A stretch of DNA of 64,000 nt from Bacteroidales bacterium. Its GTDB lineage: Bacteria > Bacteroidota > Bacteroidia > Bacteroidales > Bacteroidaceae. The stretch spans positions 58,734-122,733 of the forward strand of contig SFFB01000019.1 in NCBI GenBank assembly GCA_004557035.1, given 5' to 3'. Shown piece after piece: positions 21,091 to 33,042 of the stretch (its first letter is position 1; each line of letters opens with the position of its first letter). The notes below the pieces were generated by a model. It had not been told where the DNA came from. It searched no databases and saw only the letters and a list, made by a program, of their open reading frames with translations. The position numbers and the translations under genes were made by a program.

Positions 21091-23712
21091 TCATCCCCCT
21101 TTGACAATTTTCTTGATGTCGTTGAGTTTGTTGAGCGCCTCCATCGGTGTGAGGTTGTCGATGTCGAGATGGAGGATTTCGTCGCGTATCTGCGTGAGCA
21201 CGGGGTCGTCGAGCTGGTAAAAACTCAGTTGCACGCCCGAGACGTCTTGGGGGGGCGCAATGGTTTGGCCGGCATCAACGCCGCCGGTGTTGGCGTTGTT
21301 TTGCTCCAGTTTGACGAGTATCTCTTCGGCGCGACGCACGATGGTGTTGGGCATACCGGCCAGACGGGCCACGTGGATGCCAAACGAATGTTCCGAACCG
21401 CCCGGTTTGAGGGTGCGCAAGAAGACCACCCGACCGTTTTGCTCCATCACCGACACGTTCCAGTTTTTGATGCGCGGGAAGCGCTTTTCCATTTCGTTGA
21501 GTTCGTGATAGTGGGTGGCAAAGAGCGTTCGGGCGCAAGCTCCCCGGGGATGGTTGTGGATATATTCCACGATGGACCATGCGATGGAGATGCCGTCGTA
21601 GGTGGAGGTGCCTCGGCCCAATTCGTCGAAGAGCACGAGACTGCGCGGCGTGAGGTTGTTCATGATGTTGGCGGCCTCGCTCATTTCCACCATAAACGTG
21701 CTCTCGCCCATTGAGATGTTGTCGCTGGCACCGACACGGGTGAAAATCTTGTCGACAAGCCCGATGCGCGCACTCTCGGCCGGCACAAACGAGCCCATCT
21801 GGGCCATGAGCGTGATGAGGGCCGTCTGTCGCAGGAGGGCACTCTTACCGGCCATGTTGGGACCGGTGATAATGACGATTTGCTGCCGCTCGGTGTCGAG
21901 ATGCACATCGTTGGGCACATACTGCTCGCCCGGCGGCATGAGAGTTTCGATGACGGGATGGCGTCCCTGTCGGATGTCGAGGTCGGTAGTTTCGTCGACC
22001 ACCGGCCGGATGTAACCGCGCTCGGCTGCCACCACGGCCATGGTATAGAGACAGTCGAGACCCGAGAGCGCCAGTGCGTTGTTTTGGAGCGGAGCGATAT
22101 AGTTGAGCGCCTCTTGTAGCAGGGCCGAATAGATGGCAGCCTCCAGCACGAGGATGCGGTCTTCTGCGCCGAGTATTTTCTCTTCATATTCCTTGAGCTC
22201 GGCCGTGATGTAGCGCTCGGCTTGGGCCAGTGTCTGCTTGCGTATCCAGTCTGTGGGCACGTGGTTTTTATAGGTGTTGCGCACCTCGATGTAGTAGCCG
22301 AAGACGTTGTTGTAGCCAATTTTGAGGCTGGGAATACCCGTCTGCTCGCTTTCGCGCTGTTGGATTTTGAGCAGATAGTCTTTGCCCGAGGTCGAGACGG
22401 CGCGGAGGTCGTCGAGCTCGCGGTTGACACCATTGGCGATGACGCCGGCCTTGCCGCTCATGATGGGCGGGTCGGGGGTGATTTCGCGGAAGATGCGGTC
22501 GTGGAGCGTGGCGCAGCCGTCGAGACTTTCGCCGATGCGCCGGATGGAGGGCTCGGTGGCTTCGAGACAGGCCATTCGGATGGTCTCTATGCTTTCGAGC
22601 GCCAGGCGCAGTTGCTGCATCTCGCGCGGATTGGCGCGCCCCACCGACACTTTTGAGACGATGCGCTCCAAGTCGCCGATTTTGGCCAGTTCCGCGGCCA
22701 TGATGTCTCTGAAAGTGGGTTCGCGGAAGAAATATTCCACGCCGTCTTGCCGCTCGGTGATGGCCTTGACCGAGCGCAGGGGGAAGAGCACACGGCGGCG
22801 CAAGAGTCTGGCCCCCATCGGTGTGAGTGTGCGGTCGATGACCGAGAGCAGCGAGCGTCCGTCTTCGCCCATGGCCTCGACGAGTTCGAGGTTGCGCACC
22901 GTGAAGCGGTCCAGCCGCACGTAGTTTTCCTCGTCGATGCGTCGGATGGTGGAGATGTGTGCCGTCTGTGTGTGTTGGGTGATTTCGAGATAACACATCA
23001 CGGCTCCGGCGGCCACGATGCCGGCCTTGAGGTGGTCCACGCCGAAGCCCTTGAGGTTTTTCACGCCGAAGTGCTGGTGTAGTTTTTCGTGAGCCGTGTT
23101 TTCGGTGAAGGCCCAGTCGTCGAGTTCGAAGGTGAAATATCGGGAGGTGCAGAAGGCGGCGAGGCGGTCTTTCTGTCCTCTGACCACAAGCACCTCTTTG
23201 GGGGCGAAGTTGGCCAGCAGTTTGTCGATGTATTCGGGCGTGCCTTCGGCCACGAGAAATTCGCCTGTTGAGATGTCGAGAAAAGCCAGTCCGAGGGCAC
23301 TTTTGCCGAAGTGTACGGCGGCGAGGAAGTTGTTTTCGCGTGCCGAGAGCACGTTATCGGTCATGGCCACGCCCGGTGTGACGAGTTCGGTGATGCCTCG
23401 TTTGACGAGTTTCTTGGTGAGTTTCGGGTCTTCGAGCTGGTCGCAGATGGCCACGCGTCGTCCGGCCCTGATGAGTCGTGGCAGGTAGATGTCGAGGGCA
23501 TGATAGGGAAAGCCCGCCATCTCTGTGGGTGACGAGCTTTTGCCGTTGTTGCGCCTTGTGAGGGTGATGCCAAGAATTTGCGAGGCCAGGATAGCGTCGC
23601 CGAGGTAGGTTTCATAAAAGTCACCACAACGAAAGAGCAGTATGGCGTCAGGGTGTTTGGCCTTGAGGTCATGAAACTGCCTCATCATTGGTGTGAGTTC
23701 GTCTTTTGCCAT
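21091..23712 (-). CDS. mutS: DNA mismatch repair protein MutS
   Basis: [29 protein letters not shown]. Confidence 0.98.
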   Translation of the reverse strand: MAKDELTPMMRQFHDLKAKHPDAILLFRCGDFYETYLGDAILASQILGITLTRRNNGKSSSPTEMAGFPYHALDIYLPRLIRAGRRVAICDQLEDPKLTKKLVKRGITELVTPGVAMTDNVLSARENNFLAAVHFGKSALGLAFLDISTGEFLVAEGTPEYIDKLLANFAPKEVLVVRGQKDRLAAFCTSRYFTFELDDWAFTENTAHEKLHQHFGVKNLKGFGVDHLKAGIVAAGAVMCYLEITQHTQTAHISTIRRIDEENYVRLDRFTVRNLELVEAMGEDGRSLLSVIDRTLTPMGARLLRRRVLFPLRSVKAITERQDGVEYFFREPTFRDIMAAELAKIGDLERIVSKVSVGRANPREMQQLRLALESIETIRMACLEATEPSIRRIGESLDGCATLHDRIFREITPDPPIMSGKAGVIANGVNRELDDLRAVSTSGKDYLLKIQQRESEQTGIPSLKIGYNNVFGYYIEVRNTYKNHVPTDWIRKQTLAQAERYITAELKEYEEKILGAEDRILVLEAAIYSALLQEALNYIAPLQNNALALSGLDCLYTMAVVAAERGYIRPVVDETTDLDIRQGRHPVIETLMPPGEQYVPNDVHLDTERQQIVIITGPNMAGKSALLRQTALITLMAQMGSFVPAESARIGLVDKIFTRVGASDNISMGESTFMVEMSEAANIMNNLTPRSLVLFDELGRGTSTYDGISIAWSIVEYIHNHPRGACARTLFATHYHELNEMEKRFPRIKNWNVSVMEQNGRVVFLRTLKPGGSEHSFGIHVARLAGMPNTIVRRAEEILVKLEQNNANTGGVDAGQTIAPPQDVSGVQLSFYQLDDPVLTQIRDEILHLDIDNLTPMEALNKLNDIKKIVKGG

Positions 23713-23721
23713 GTGCCGGTT

Positions 23722-24693
23722 TTAGGGAGTCTGTTGTGGTGTTTCGCCTGTTTTGGCTGCGTTTTTGTCGGCCTTGACTTTTATCTTGTCAAATCCGTCG
23801 CCGAACACGCCGATGACTTTCGACTGCGAGACGAAGGCCGAAGGGTCGATGTTTTGTATGATGCGGAAGATGTTGGTGCTTTCGCGTTTTTTGGCCAGCA
23901 CGACGAGCACTTTGCGCTCATGTTTGGTGTACCAGCCCTGTCCGTTGAGCACGGTCACGCCGCGGTGCATGGCGTTGATGGCTGCGGCGATTTCGTCGTA
24001 TTTGAGTGAGAAGATGAAAAACTGCACTGATTGCCTTCCGCGGTCCACGACATAGTCGAGCAGGAGGTTGGTGATGATGAGCGTGCAGTAGCCGTAGAGC
24101 AGTTTTTCGACGTTGCCCGTGGGCAGCAGGAGGCTCGAGGTGATGATGATCAAGTCGCAGAGCATCATCATCTGTCCCAGGGTGACGTCTTTATATTTGT
24201 TGATAATGGCGGCGATGATGTCAGTGCCTCCGGTCGAGCCGTTGCTCAAGAAGACCAGTCCGATGCCGATGCCTTCGATGGCCGCACCGAGGATACACGA
24301 CATGAACATGCCGTCTTTGACCAGTTGGGGCAGGCCCTGTGGGCTTCGGGTGAGTTCGGGATGATTGGCCGCCACATAGAGCATCACCTCGCGGGCAATG
24401 AAGAGCAGGAAGGTGAGCATACAGACCGCATAGATGGTCTTGATGCAGAATTTCCATCCCAACACCCTCACGGCTATGGCCAGCAGGATGATGTTGACGG
24501 TGAAGAAGGTGAAGTGCACGGGGATGCCTGTGGCGTAAAACAGCACCGCTCCGGCACCGGCCAGTCCGCCGGTGGTGATTTCGTAGGGCAGTTGGAAGCA
24601 GGTGAAGCCCACGGCATAGCAGAGCAGTCCGAAGGTGATGATGATGTAGTCGCGTGTGTTTTGAAACAGCGTCAGATGGATGTAGCGTGCCAT
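23722..24693 (-). CDS. YitT-family membrane protein
   Basis: TGGLAG, GSTGGTDIIA, RGVT, IDPSAFVS. Confidence 0.88.
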   Translation of the reverse strand: MARYIHLTLFQNTRDYIIITFGLLCYAVGFTCFQLPYEITTGGLAGAGAVLFYATGIPVHFTFFTVNIILLAIAVRVLGWKFCIKTIYAVCMLTFLLFIAREVMLYVAANHPELTRSPQGLPQLVKDGMFMSCILGAAIEGIGIGLVFLSNGSTGGTDIIAAIINKYKDVTLGQMMMLCDLIIITSSLLLPTGNVEKLLYGYCTLIITNLLLDYVVDRGRQSVQFFIFSLKYDEIAAAINAMHRGVTVLNGQGWYTKHERKVLVVLAKKRESTNIFRIIQNIDPSAFVSQSKVIGVFGDGFDKIKVKADKNAAKTGETPQQTP

Positions 24694-24721
24694 GTAGGAT
24701 TGTTTTTGTTTATGTTTTCTA

Positions 24722-25140
24722 AAAGTCTAAGAGACTAAGAGAATTTGAGACTAAGAGAGTTTGAGCGGCCAAGTACGCCCTGAAAGGGCAGAAGACCATA
24801 GCCCAGGGCAGAGTGAGCGTAGCGAACGGCACCCTGGGTGGGTGTGGCCGATTATGTTCGCCCTGTAAGGGCAAAAGCATTTTTTTGTTTGGTAATGTGT
24901 CATTGTCAATCTTTTGCCCTTACAGGGCGCATTGTTTGGGCCACGTTTACCCAGGGTGCCGGCGTCACTACGTGCCGCCTCTGCCCTGGGCTATGGTCTT
25001 GTTGGGCGGGACCGTCGGGCGCTCTTTGTCTGGAAGAAGTCTAAGAGACTAAGAGAATTTGAGTCTAAGAGTCTAAGCGTTTGAGCGGCCAAGCCACTTT
25101 TTGTCTTTTTGACTCTTTGTCTTTTTGTCTTTTCGTCTCT
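24722..25140. repeat. REP-like palindrome, type A, flanked by octamer arrays, plus a minimal GAGCGGCCAAGCCAC unit
   Basis: GCCCTGAAAGGGC, CCCAGGGC..CCCTGGG and GCCCTGTAAGGGCAAAAG are mirrored. Near-identical inverted copy at 34208-34522. Confidence 0.9.
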
Positions 25141-25147
25141 TCGAAAT

Positions 25148-27985
25148 CTATTTCACCACGATGTTGACAATCTTGCCGGGCACCACGATGACCTTCACCA
25201 CCTGCCGTCCTTCGAGATATTTGGCGGTTTGCGGCGAGTCCATGACGGCCTTTTCGACGGTCGTTTTGTCGGCGTCGGCGGGGAAGTCGAGGGTGAAGCG
25301 AGTCTTGCCGTTGAACGACACGCTCATCGTCACGCTGTCTTCCTTGAGATAGCTCTCGTCGAAGGCCGGCCAGGCGGCGTCGCACACGGTCGTGTCGTGA
25401 CCCATGAGATGCCACAGTTCTTCGGCGATGTGGGGCGTGAAGGGCGAGAGCAACACGACGAGCTTCTCCATCACCTCGCGGCTGGTGCACTTCTGAGCCG
25501 CCAGTTCGCCCACGGCAATCATGAAGGCCGGCACGGCCGTGTTGTAAGAGAAGGTCTCGATGTCGTCGGTCACCTTCCCTATGAGCTTGTGCAGGGTCTT
25601 GAGGTTGTCGGGCGTGGCGGCGGTGTCGATCACGGCAAGGCTGCCCGTCTTGTCAAAAAAGAGGTTCCACGCCTTGCGCAAGAAGCGGAAACAGCCGTCG
25701 ATGCCGTTAGAGTCCCACGGCTTGCTCTGGTTGATAGGTCCGAGAAACATTTCGTAGAGCCGGAGCGTGTCGGCCCCGTATTTCTCGATGATCATATCGG
25801 GATTGACCACGTTATACATCGACTTCGACATTTTCTCGATGGCCCATCCGCAAACATACTGTCCCTCCTCGAGCACGAACTCTGCCGTGGCATATTCGGG
25901 TCGCCAGGCCTTGAAAGCCTCGATGTCGAGCCGGTCGTTTTGCACGATGTTCACGTCCACGTGGATGGGCGTCACGTCATATTGGTCTTTGAGTCCGTGC
26001 GAGACGAAGGTGTTGGTGTCTTTGATGCGGTAGACGAAGTTGGAGCGTCCCTGTATCATCCCCTGGTTGACGAGTTTCTTGAAAGGCTCTTCCCGGCACG
26101 ACACACCGATGTCGAAGAGGAATTTGTTCCAGAAGCGGCTGTAGATGAGGTGTCCCGTGGCGTGTTCCGACCCGCCGATATAGAGGTCCACGTTTTGCCA
26201 ATAGCCATCGGCCTCTGCCGAGACGAGACAAGTGTCGTTGGTGGGGTCCATATAGCGCAGGTAATAGGCCGAGGAGCCGGCAAATCCCGGCATGGTGGAG
26301 AGCTCGAGTGGGCACACCTTCACGCCGTCGATGCGGCTGCTCAGGGTCACGCAGCGCTGCTCGGTGTCCCAGGCCCAGTGTGTGGCGTTGCCCAGTGGCG
26401 GTTCGCCCGTCTCTGTGGGGAGGAAGCGGTCCACCTCGGGCAGTTCGAGCGGCAGGCAGTCTTCGGGCACGAGTCGGGGCATGCCGTTTTGATAGTATAC
26501 GGGGAAGGGCTCGCCCCAATAGCGCTGTCGGGAAAAGATGGCGTCGCGCAGGCGGTAGTTCACCTTGACGCGGCCCATACCCTTCTCGGTGACGAAACGT
26601 TTGGTGGCTGCTATGGCCTCTTTCACCGTCAGAGCGTTGAGCGAGAAGCCGTCGATGGCCGTTTTGCCTTCGGCCGGCGAGTTCATCACGATGCCCTCTT
26701 TGGCGTCGAAGCTCTCTTCCGAGACGTCGGCTCCCTCGATGAGGGGGATGATGGGCAGGTTGAAGTGTCGGGCAAAGGCATAGTCGCGCGAGTCGTGAGC
26801 CGGCACCGCCATGATGGCTCCCGTGCCGTATCCGGCCAACACGTAGTCGCTCACCCACACCGGTATGTTGTCGCCCGTGAAGGGGTTGACGGCATAGGCT
26901 CCGGTGAACACGCCCGTCACGCGTCGGTCGGCGATGCGTTCGCGCTCGGTGCGTTTTTTGGTGGCTTCGACATAGGCTTCCACCTCTTCGCGTCGGTCGG
27001 CCGTCGTCAGCTGCGCCACGAGCTCGCTTTCGGGCGCCAGCACCATAAACGTCACGCCGAAGATGGTGTCGGCCCGTGTGGTGAAGATGGTCAGTTTCGT
27101 GTCGCTGTCTTTCACGTCAAACGTCATCTCCGTGCCTTCCGAGCGCCCAATCCAGTTGCGCTGTGTCTCTTTGATGGAGTCGGTCCAGTCGATGGTGTCG
27201 AGTCCATCGAGCAGGCGCTGGGCATAGGCCGAGACGCGCAGGCACCACTGTTTCATGCGTTTCTGCACCACGGGATATCCGCCCCTTTCGCTCACGCCGT
27301 CCACCACCTCGTCGTTGGCCAAGACCGTGCCCAGCTTGGGGCACCAGTTCACCATCGTCTCGCCGAGATAGGCCAGTCGGTAGTTCATCAACACCTCCTC
27401 TTTCTCCCTCTCCGTCATGGCTTTCCATTCGTCGGCCGTGAACGAGAGCTCCTCCGTCTGCGCCGCCTGCAGGCCCTCGGTGCCTTTTTCTTCAAATCGG
27501 GCTATGAGGCTGTCTATGGTTTTGGCCTTTCCACATCGTGTGCAATAATACGAGTCAAACATTCGGCAGAAGGCCCATTGCGTCCAGTGGTAATATCGCG
27601 GGTCGCAGGTGCGCACTTCGCGGTCCCAGTCGAACGAGAAGCCTATTTTGTCGAGCTGTTCGCGATATCGTTTGATGTTCACCTCGGTGGTTTTTGCCGG
27701 ATGCTGTCCGGTCTGTATGGCATATTGCTCGGCCGGCAGCCCGTAGGCGTCATATCCCATGGGGTTGAGCACGTTGAAGCCTCTGAGGCGTTTATATCGG
27801 GCATAGATGTCGGAGGCGATGTAGCCCAGCGGATGCCCCACGTGTAGTCCGGCCCCTGAGGGATAGGGGAACATGTTGAGCACGTAAAATTTCGGTTTCT
27901 CTGCGTTTTCGCAGGCGCGATAAGTCTTGTCGGCTGCCCATCGGGCCTGCCATTTTTTCTCGATGTCTTGAAAGTTATAGTCCAT
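25148..27985 (-). CDS. leuS: Leucine--tRNA ligase
   Basis: [14 protein letters not shown] (HIGH) and KMSKS; start [13 protein letters not shown]. Confidence 0.98.
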   Translation of the reverse strand: MDYNFQDIEKKWQARWAADKTYRACENAEKPKFYVLNMFPYPSGAGLHVGHPLGYIASDIYARYKRLRGFNVLNPMGYDAYGLPAEQYAIQTGQHPAKTTEVNIKRYREQLDKIGFSFDWDREVRTCDPRYYHWTQWAFCRMFDSYYCTRCGKAKTIDSLIARFEEKGTEGLQAAQTEELSFTADEWKAMTEREKEEVLMNYRLAYLGETMVNWCPKLGTVLANDEVVDGVSERGGYPVVQKRMKQWCLRVSAYAQRLLDGLDTIDWTDSIKETQRNWIGRSEGTEMTFDVKDSDTKLTIFTTRADTIFGVTFMVLAPESELVAQLTTADRREEVEAYVEATKKRTERERIADRRVTGVFTGAYAVNPFTGDNIPVWVSDYVLAGYGTGAIMAVPAHDSRDYAFARHFNLPIIPLIEGADVSEESFDAKEGIVMNSPAEGKTAIDGFSLNALTVKEAIAATKRFVTEKGMGRVKVNYRLRDAIFSRQRYWGEPFPVYYQNGMPRLVPEDCLPLELPEVDRFLPTETGEPPLGNATHWAWDTEQRCVTLSSRIDGVKVCPLELSTMPGFAGSSAYYLRYMDPTNDTCLVSAEADGYWQNVDLYIGGSEHATGHLIYSRFWNKFLFDIGVSCREEPFKKLVNQGMIQGRSNFVYRIKDTNTFVSHGLKDQYDVTPIHVDVNIVQNDRLDIEAFKAWRPEYATAEFVLEEGQYVCGWAIEKMSKSMYNVVNPDMIIEKYGADTLRLYEMFLGPINQSKPWDSNGIDGCFRFLRKAWNLFFDKTGSLAVIDTAATPDNLKTLHKLIGKVTDDIETFSYNTAVPAFMIAVGELAAQKCTSREVMEKLVVLLSPFTPHIAEELWHLMGHDTTVCDAAWPAFDESYLKEDSVTMSVSFNGKTRFTLDFPADADKTTVEKAVMDSPQTAKYLEGRQVVKVIVVPGKIVNIVVK

Positions 27986-28116
27986 CAGATTATGGTTTGT
28001 TTCTTCGTTGTGATCCAATATTATGGCGAAGTTAGTGCAAGCGCTCGGAATGACCAAAAAAACGGGGACGAAAAAAACAGTCGCCCGCCGGCCGGGAGAC
28101 CGAGGGAGACCGACGA

Positions 28117-29749
28117 CTGCGCGTAAATGCAAAGTTCACCAGTTCACCGGTTCACTTGTTCACCTGTTCACAAATTGGCGTATTCTTTGGTCGCATCAAA
28201 ACAAGGGCAGTCTTTGGCGGCAAAATAAAGCGCTGAGGCCGCGGCAATCCGTCCATCTGTCACATTGCAGTGGCTGCTGTCGGCATAGGGGGTTATCTAT
28301 CTTATATAAGATACGAAAGGGTGAACAAAAACCGAAGTAACGGCCAAAATTTTTCGGCCCTTTTTTCAAAACACTGTAAATTATTTTTGCATCGGGAAAT
28401 AGCCCCGTCATTTGTCGCATAAAGCCCGATTTTACAGGGCCTTTGGCCGTTTTGACGGTCTTAAAGACTCGGGCAAAAAAGGTGAACAAGTGAACGGGTG
28501 AACTGGTGAACTTTCATTTTTTTCAAACGAAACAAAAACAAGAGATAATAAGTAATATATTATATATCATATACTTATAGAGTTTCCTTCAAAAAACGTA
28601 TTTGGTTCACCAGTTCACCAGTTCACCAGTTCACCTTTTCCGATTTACGCTAACAGAGGTTAAAGACTGCGTTAAAAATCGTGTAGCCTCTGCTCGTCCC
28701 ATTCAATGGCAAGTTGGCATCGAGATGTTATGGCGTTTACAATCAAATAATTGTAATCTTTGCGCTTGAAACAATACACACCGACACGTTGAAGAAAATC
28801 CCCGACTCCCCCGTGCAAGAAAACGCTGTTTTTGTCTTTATTTCCTACAACCAGCAGGCCGAAAAACGAGAAAACGTTAAAACTTGTTGCTGTGTCGAAG
28901 AGCGGCAAGGTCTATGCGACACGCAAACAGCCGCGGTCGCTCATTATCCGCCTCAAGGTCACTGAAAACAAGGCCGTTAGCCTCACCGAAATCGTCCGAC
29001 AGACGATGTATCTTTGGGAAAACGGACAAAAGGAACTCAAGAAAACTCAAAAGTGACGAAACCGCACACCCCCCTCTTTAAGGGGCACACCCTGTAATAA
29101 TTATTGACAACTATGAAAAAATCCGACAAATCGAACAATATGTTCAATATTCGGCCACGCGCCATATAGGTCTATCGGCGTGAAACTCTACATCAAACAC
29201 GAGCTGCAGAAGAGAGACAAAAAAAGATGAACTGTGTAGTTGTTTTCGTGCCCGGCAGGGATTGTGCTCAAAAATGCCGATTTTGGGGAAGTGTCGGCTT
29301 TTTAGTTCTCACAATCGGGTAAAAGGTGAACTGGTGAACCGGTGAACTGGTGAACTTTGCATTATTTCAGTCTGTAAGGTCGGAATCCCAAGCGTCTCGT
29401 TATCAATATGTTTTTTTATTCTCCCCTATTGTGCCGACCTTACAGGCCGGATTTTAGAGGTTGCCGCATACCCGGGCCTTCGAACCGACGACAAGCCGAG
29501 AGCAATCAAACTTGTTTGAATTGCCGAGGCGCGAAGGAGGAAGACGAAGTCAATCGGGCTGATATGTAACGCCCTTACAGGGCTTGCGGGGCCGCTAAAA
29601 CTCTCTTAGACTTTTAGACTCTTAGACAAAGAGACAAAGAGTGGCTTGGCCGCTAAAAATCTTTTAGACTCTTAGTCTCTTAGACTTTTAGACTTGTGAA
29701 TATGCCAATTTGTGAACTTGTAAACTTGTGAACTTTCATTTACTCGCAG
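28117..29749. mobile_element. Putative non-autonomous element bounded by imperfect terminal inverted repeats, with NGTTCACC iteron arrays
   Basis: 28117-28185 and 29698-29749 are inverted (CTGCGnGTAAATG..AAAGTTCAC..GTTCACAAATTGGCrTATTC). Perfect 30-bp IR at 28126-28155 / 29334-29363. No long ORF. Confidence 0.5.
29372..29697. repeat. Type B REP half with a nested 67-bp module, followed by octamer arrays
   Basis: CTGTAAGGTCGG..GTGCCGACCTTACAGGCCGG; module at 29485-29551; GGCTTGGCCGCTAAAA. Confidence 0.85.
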
Positions 29750-29940
29750 CCTGCCCCCTGTTCGGGAGGCGGGCTGCCGCTGCTCCCGCCGAGACAGACC
29801 CTCGCGGCCTCCACCTGTGGCGGCGCAGACGCAAAAATCACGGCTTTTTTTGTGATTGACATAACTTTAGATTAACTTCGCAGAGTCAAACAGCTTTATC
29901 AAAAAAACAAGAATGAGAGCGCTCATGGCTCGACGCCGCC

Positions 29941-32553
29941 ATGGTGGTGGTCTTCGTGGTGGTGAGCTTCGCCTATTTCCACGAACCCGTGGCGCAGGGA
30001 CTCGTGCTCGGCGGACACGACTCGGACGCCGCCACACTGCAGGGACGGGAACAACAGGAATACCGACACACACACGGCGGAGAAACCACACGATGGACAG
30101 GGGCCATGTTTAGCGGGATGCCCACCTATCAGATCGCACCCTCGTATGGCGCCACCGACGCCCTGGGGCAAATCTCACGCCTCTACGCTCTGGGACAAAC
30201 AGGCGTGGTGGTCTATCTGCTGGCCTACCTGCTGGGCTTCTACATCATGATGAGGGCCTTCAACTTCAAGCCTTATCTCTCTGCCCTCGGCGCCGTGGTG
30301 TGGGCCTTCTCGTCTTATTTCTTCATCATCATTGCGGCCGGACACATCTGGAAGGTGATGACACTGGCCTACATCCCGCCAACGATTGCGGGCATCGTGT
30401 GGTGCCTGAGGGGAAGATGGGTGTGGGGCGCAGCCGTCACGGCACTGTTCACGGCGCTGCAGGTGTGGGCCAACCACGTGCAGATGACCTACTACTTCCT
30501 CTTCGTGATGGGGCTCATCGTCGCAGCCTACGGCATACAGGCGCTCAGACGAAAAACAGCTCCCGACGACGCTCTGACCCAGGGCAGCCTCTCGCCGCGG
30601 CGATGGCTCGGGGCTACGGCCGTGATGGTGGCGGCCGGACTGATGGGCGTGGCGGCCAACCTGCCCAACCTCTACCACACCTACACCTATGCCCAGCACA
30701 CTATGCGAGGAGGCAGCGAACTCTCTGCCGCAAAAACCGACACGGCCCAACCCACAGCCCACGGCGAAGGAGAACAGACGGCCGCCGGCGGACTCGACTA
30801 TGACTATATCACGCAGTGGAGCTATGGCGTGGACGAAACAATGACCCTGCTCATCCCCAACTTCAAGGGAGGAGGTACGGGACAGGCCGTGACGCAGGAA
30901 AACGTCTACGACGAACCGCAAAGCAGCCTCTATGGCTATATGCAGGCGACGCAGCAAATGGCGGCCGAATATGAAACGGACCAGCCGGGGAGAGGCAACC
31001 CCGTGAAGACGCTGCCGGGAGCCAACCGCTATTGGGGCAACCAGCCGTTCACCGTGGGACCGGTCTATGTGGGGGCCTTCGTGTGCCTGCTCTTCGTCTT
31101 GGGCCTCTTCATCGTGCGCGGTCCGATGAAATGGGCACTGGCCGGAGCAACCCTGCTCTCGCTCTTGTTTGCCTGGGGACACAACAGCCCCTGGCTGACG
31201 CATTTTTTCGTGGACCATCTGCCTATGTATGACAAGTTCCGCACGGTGTCGTCGGCACTGGTCATTGCGGAGTTCACCATCCCCCTGCTGGCGATGCTGG
31301 CTTTGGCGAAGGTGCTCTCAGAGCGTGGCGAACTGCTCAGGAGCCGTCGCGGACAGATTGGCCTGGGCGTGGCGGCAGGGTTGACGGCCGGCGTCTGCCT
31401 GGTGTTGTGGCTCGTGCCCTCGGCTGCCGGCAGCATGCTCTCGGCCGACGAGGCTTCGACGATGGACTATCTCTCTTCCGTGGACCCCGACTTTGCCTCA
31501 GGCTATGGCAGTCTCATCGCCGGTATGCGCCACAGCGTGGTTTCGGCCTCGGCAGGACGGTCGCTGCTGGTGATTGTGCTCTGTGCCATCCCCGTGGCCG
31601 TGGCCATGTTGGTCAGGAAAATGCCGTCGTGGACGGTGTGCGTCGCCGTGGGAGCGGTGTGTCTGGTGGAGATGTGGGCCGTGAACAAGCAATATCTCAA
31701 CACCGACAACTTTGCCGACCCCTACGTGCGGGCTGAGGCTTTCGGCACGAAAACCCGGGCCGACGAACAGATACTCTCAGATAATGGCTACCATCGCGTG
31801 CTCGACCTGCACGTCGGCAACCCGTTCAACGACAACACGGCGAGCTATTGGCACCACAACATAGGCGGCTATCACGCGGCCAAGCTCCGACGCTATCAAG
31901 ACGTCATCTCCCGATGTCTGACAAAGGAAAGAGAACGCCTCTACGGGGCCCTGCAAATCAAGGAGGGCGACAGCATACCCACACTGGCGGGAGGCGACAG
32001 CATCTGCCCCGTGCTGAATATGCTCAACATGAAATATCTCATCGTGCCCGACCGTCAAAACGGCACCGTGGCGGCCATGAACCCGGCTGCGCTCGGAGCG
32101 GGATGGTTTGTGGAGCGGTTGGACTTCGTGAAAGGTGCCGACGCCGAAATGGCTGCGCTCGAACGCCTCGACACGCGCCATGCCGCCGTGGCCGACGAAC
32201 AGTTCCGCAGCCTGCTCGACGGCTCGCCGCTGGGAGGCGGCGAAGTGGCGGCTACGAGCTACGAACCCAACGAGCTGCACTATGACATCCATTCAGAGAA
32301 GGGCGGACTGGTGGTGTTCTCTGAAATATACTATCCCGGATGGACGGCCACCATCGACGGCAAGCCGGCCGAAATCGGCAGGGCCAACTACATCCTCCGA
32401 GCCCTCAAGGTGCCGGCAGGCAGCCACAAGGTGGTGATGACGTTCAAACCCGCCTCTGTCGAGACCACCAACACCATCGCCTTCGTGGCCCTCGGCCTCA
32501 TCGCGGCCCTCTTCGTGGTGGCCGTGGTAGTGGCCGTGAGGAAAAGAGATTAA
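29941..32553 (+). CDS. YfhO-family multi-pass membrane protein (GT-C-like)
   Basis: WTGAMFSGMPTY, AGHIWK, NHVQMTYY, GGYHAAKLRRYQD, FSEIYYPGW. Confidence 0.88.
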   Translation: MVVVFVVVSFAYFHEPVAQGLVLGGHDSDAATLQGREQQEYRHTHGGETTRWTGAMFSGMPTYQIAPSYGATDALGQISRLYALGQTGVVVYLLAYLLGFYIMMRAFNFKPYLSALGAVVWAFSSYFFIIIAAGHIWKVMTLAYIPPTIAGIVWCLRGRWVWGAAVTALFTALQVWANHVQMTYYFLFVMGLIVAAYGIQALRRKTAPDDALTQGSLSPRRWLGATAVMVAAGLMGVAANLPNLYHTYTYAQHTMRGGSELSAAKTDTAQPTAHGEGEQTAAGGLDYDYITQWSYGVDETMTLLIPNFKGGGTGQAVTQENVYDEPQSSLYGYMQATQQMAAEYETDQPGRGNPVKTLPGANRYWGNQPFTVGPVYVGAFVCLLFVLGLFIVRGPMKWALAGATLLSLLFAWGHNSPWLTHFFVDHLPMYDKFRTVSSALVIAEFTIPLLAMLALAKVLSERGELLRSRRGQIGLGVAAGLTAGVCLVLWLVPSAAGSMLSADEASTMDYLSSVDPDFASGYGSLIAGMRHSVVSASAGRSLLVIVLCAIPVAVAMLVRKMPSWTVCVAVGAVCLVEMWAVNKQYLNTDNFADPYVRAEAFGTKTRADEQILSDNGYHRVLDLHVGNPFNDNTASYWHHNIGGYHAAKLRRYQDVISRCLTKERERLYGALQIKEGDSIPTLAGGDSICPVLNMLNMKYLIVPDRQNGTVAAMNPAALGAGWFVERLDFVKGADAEMAALERLDTRHAAVADEQFRSLLDGSPLGGGEVAATSYEPNELHYDIHSEKGGLVVFSEIYYPGWTATIDGKPAEIGRANYILRALKVPAGSHKVVMTFKPASVETTNTIAFVALGLIAALFVVAVVVAVRKRD

Positions 32554-32554
32554 G

Positions 32555-33007
32555 AGACAAAAAAAGACAAAGAGCGCCCGGCGCCCCCGGCAAGCCCTGT
32601 AAGGGCGTCACATATCAGCCCGGGTCGTAAGGTCCGGATAACGGAAGCTCCTCTAATTTCCGGCCTGTAAGGTCAACACAATAAGGGGATTAGCGGCAAC
32701 GAACGCCCTGTAAGGGCAACAAGACCATAGCCCAGGGCAGAGTGAGCGTAGCGAACGACACCCTGGGTAAACGTGGCCCAAACAATGCGCCCTGTAAGGG
32801 CAAAAGCATTAATAAAAAAGGTATGAGCATAGTTGGAGTTTCAATAAAAAAATCTTTTGCCCTTACAGGGCGAACATAATCGGCCACACTCACCCAGGGT
32901 GCCGCCTCGCTTCGCTCGGCTCTGCCCTGGGCTATGGTCTTGTTGGGCCTTCAGCCCGTACTTGGCCGCTCAAATTCTCTTCGACTCTTAGACTTTTAGA
33001 CTCTTAG
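32555..33007. repeat. Composite REP-like element (type B half plus full type A) with octamer flanks
   Basis: Same arms as the 9240 and 24760 elements; ends CTTGGCCGCTCAAA. Confidence 0.88.
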
Positions 33008-33042
33008 AAAAAAATAATCAAAACAAGCAATAAAACAGACCA

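Noticed and set aside
25109..27847. 912-aa ORF on the + strand
   Set aside because: Antisense shadow of leuS caused by codon bias; no recognisable motifs. The same applies to the many long antisense ORFs over other genes (e.g. 33049-34275, 41182-42606, 1206-2249).
27986..28110. T-box leader for leuS
   Set aside because: No T-box consensus, and the probable promoter lies only about 40 bp from the start codon.
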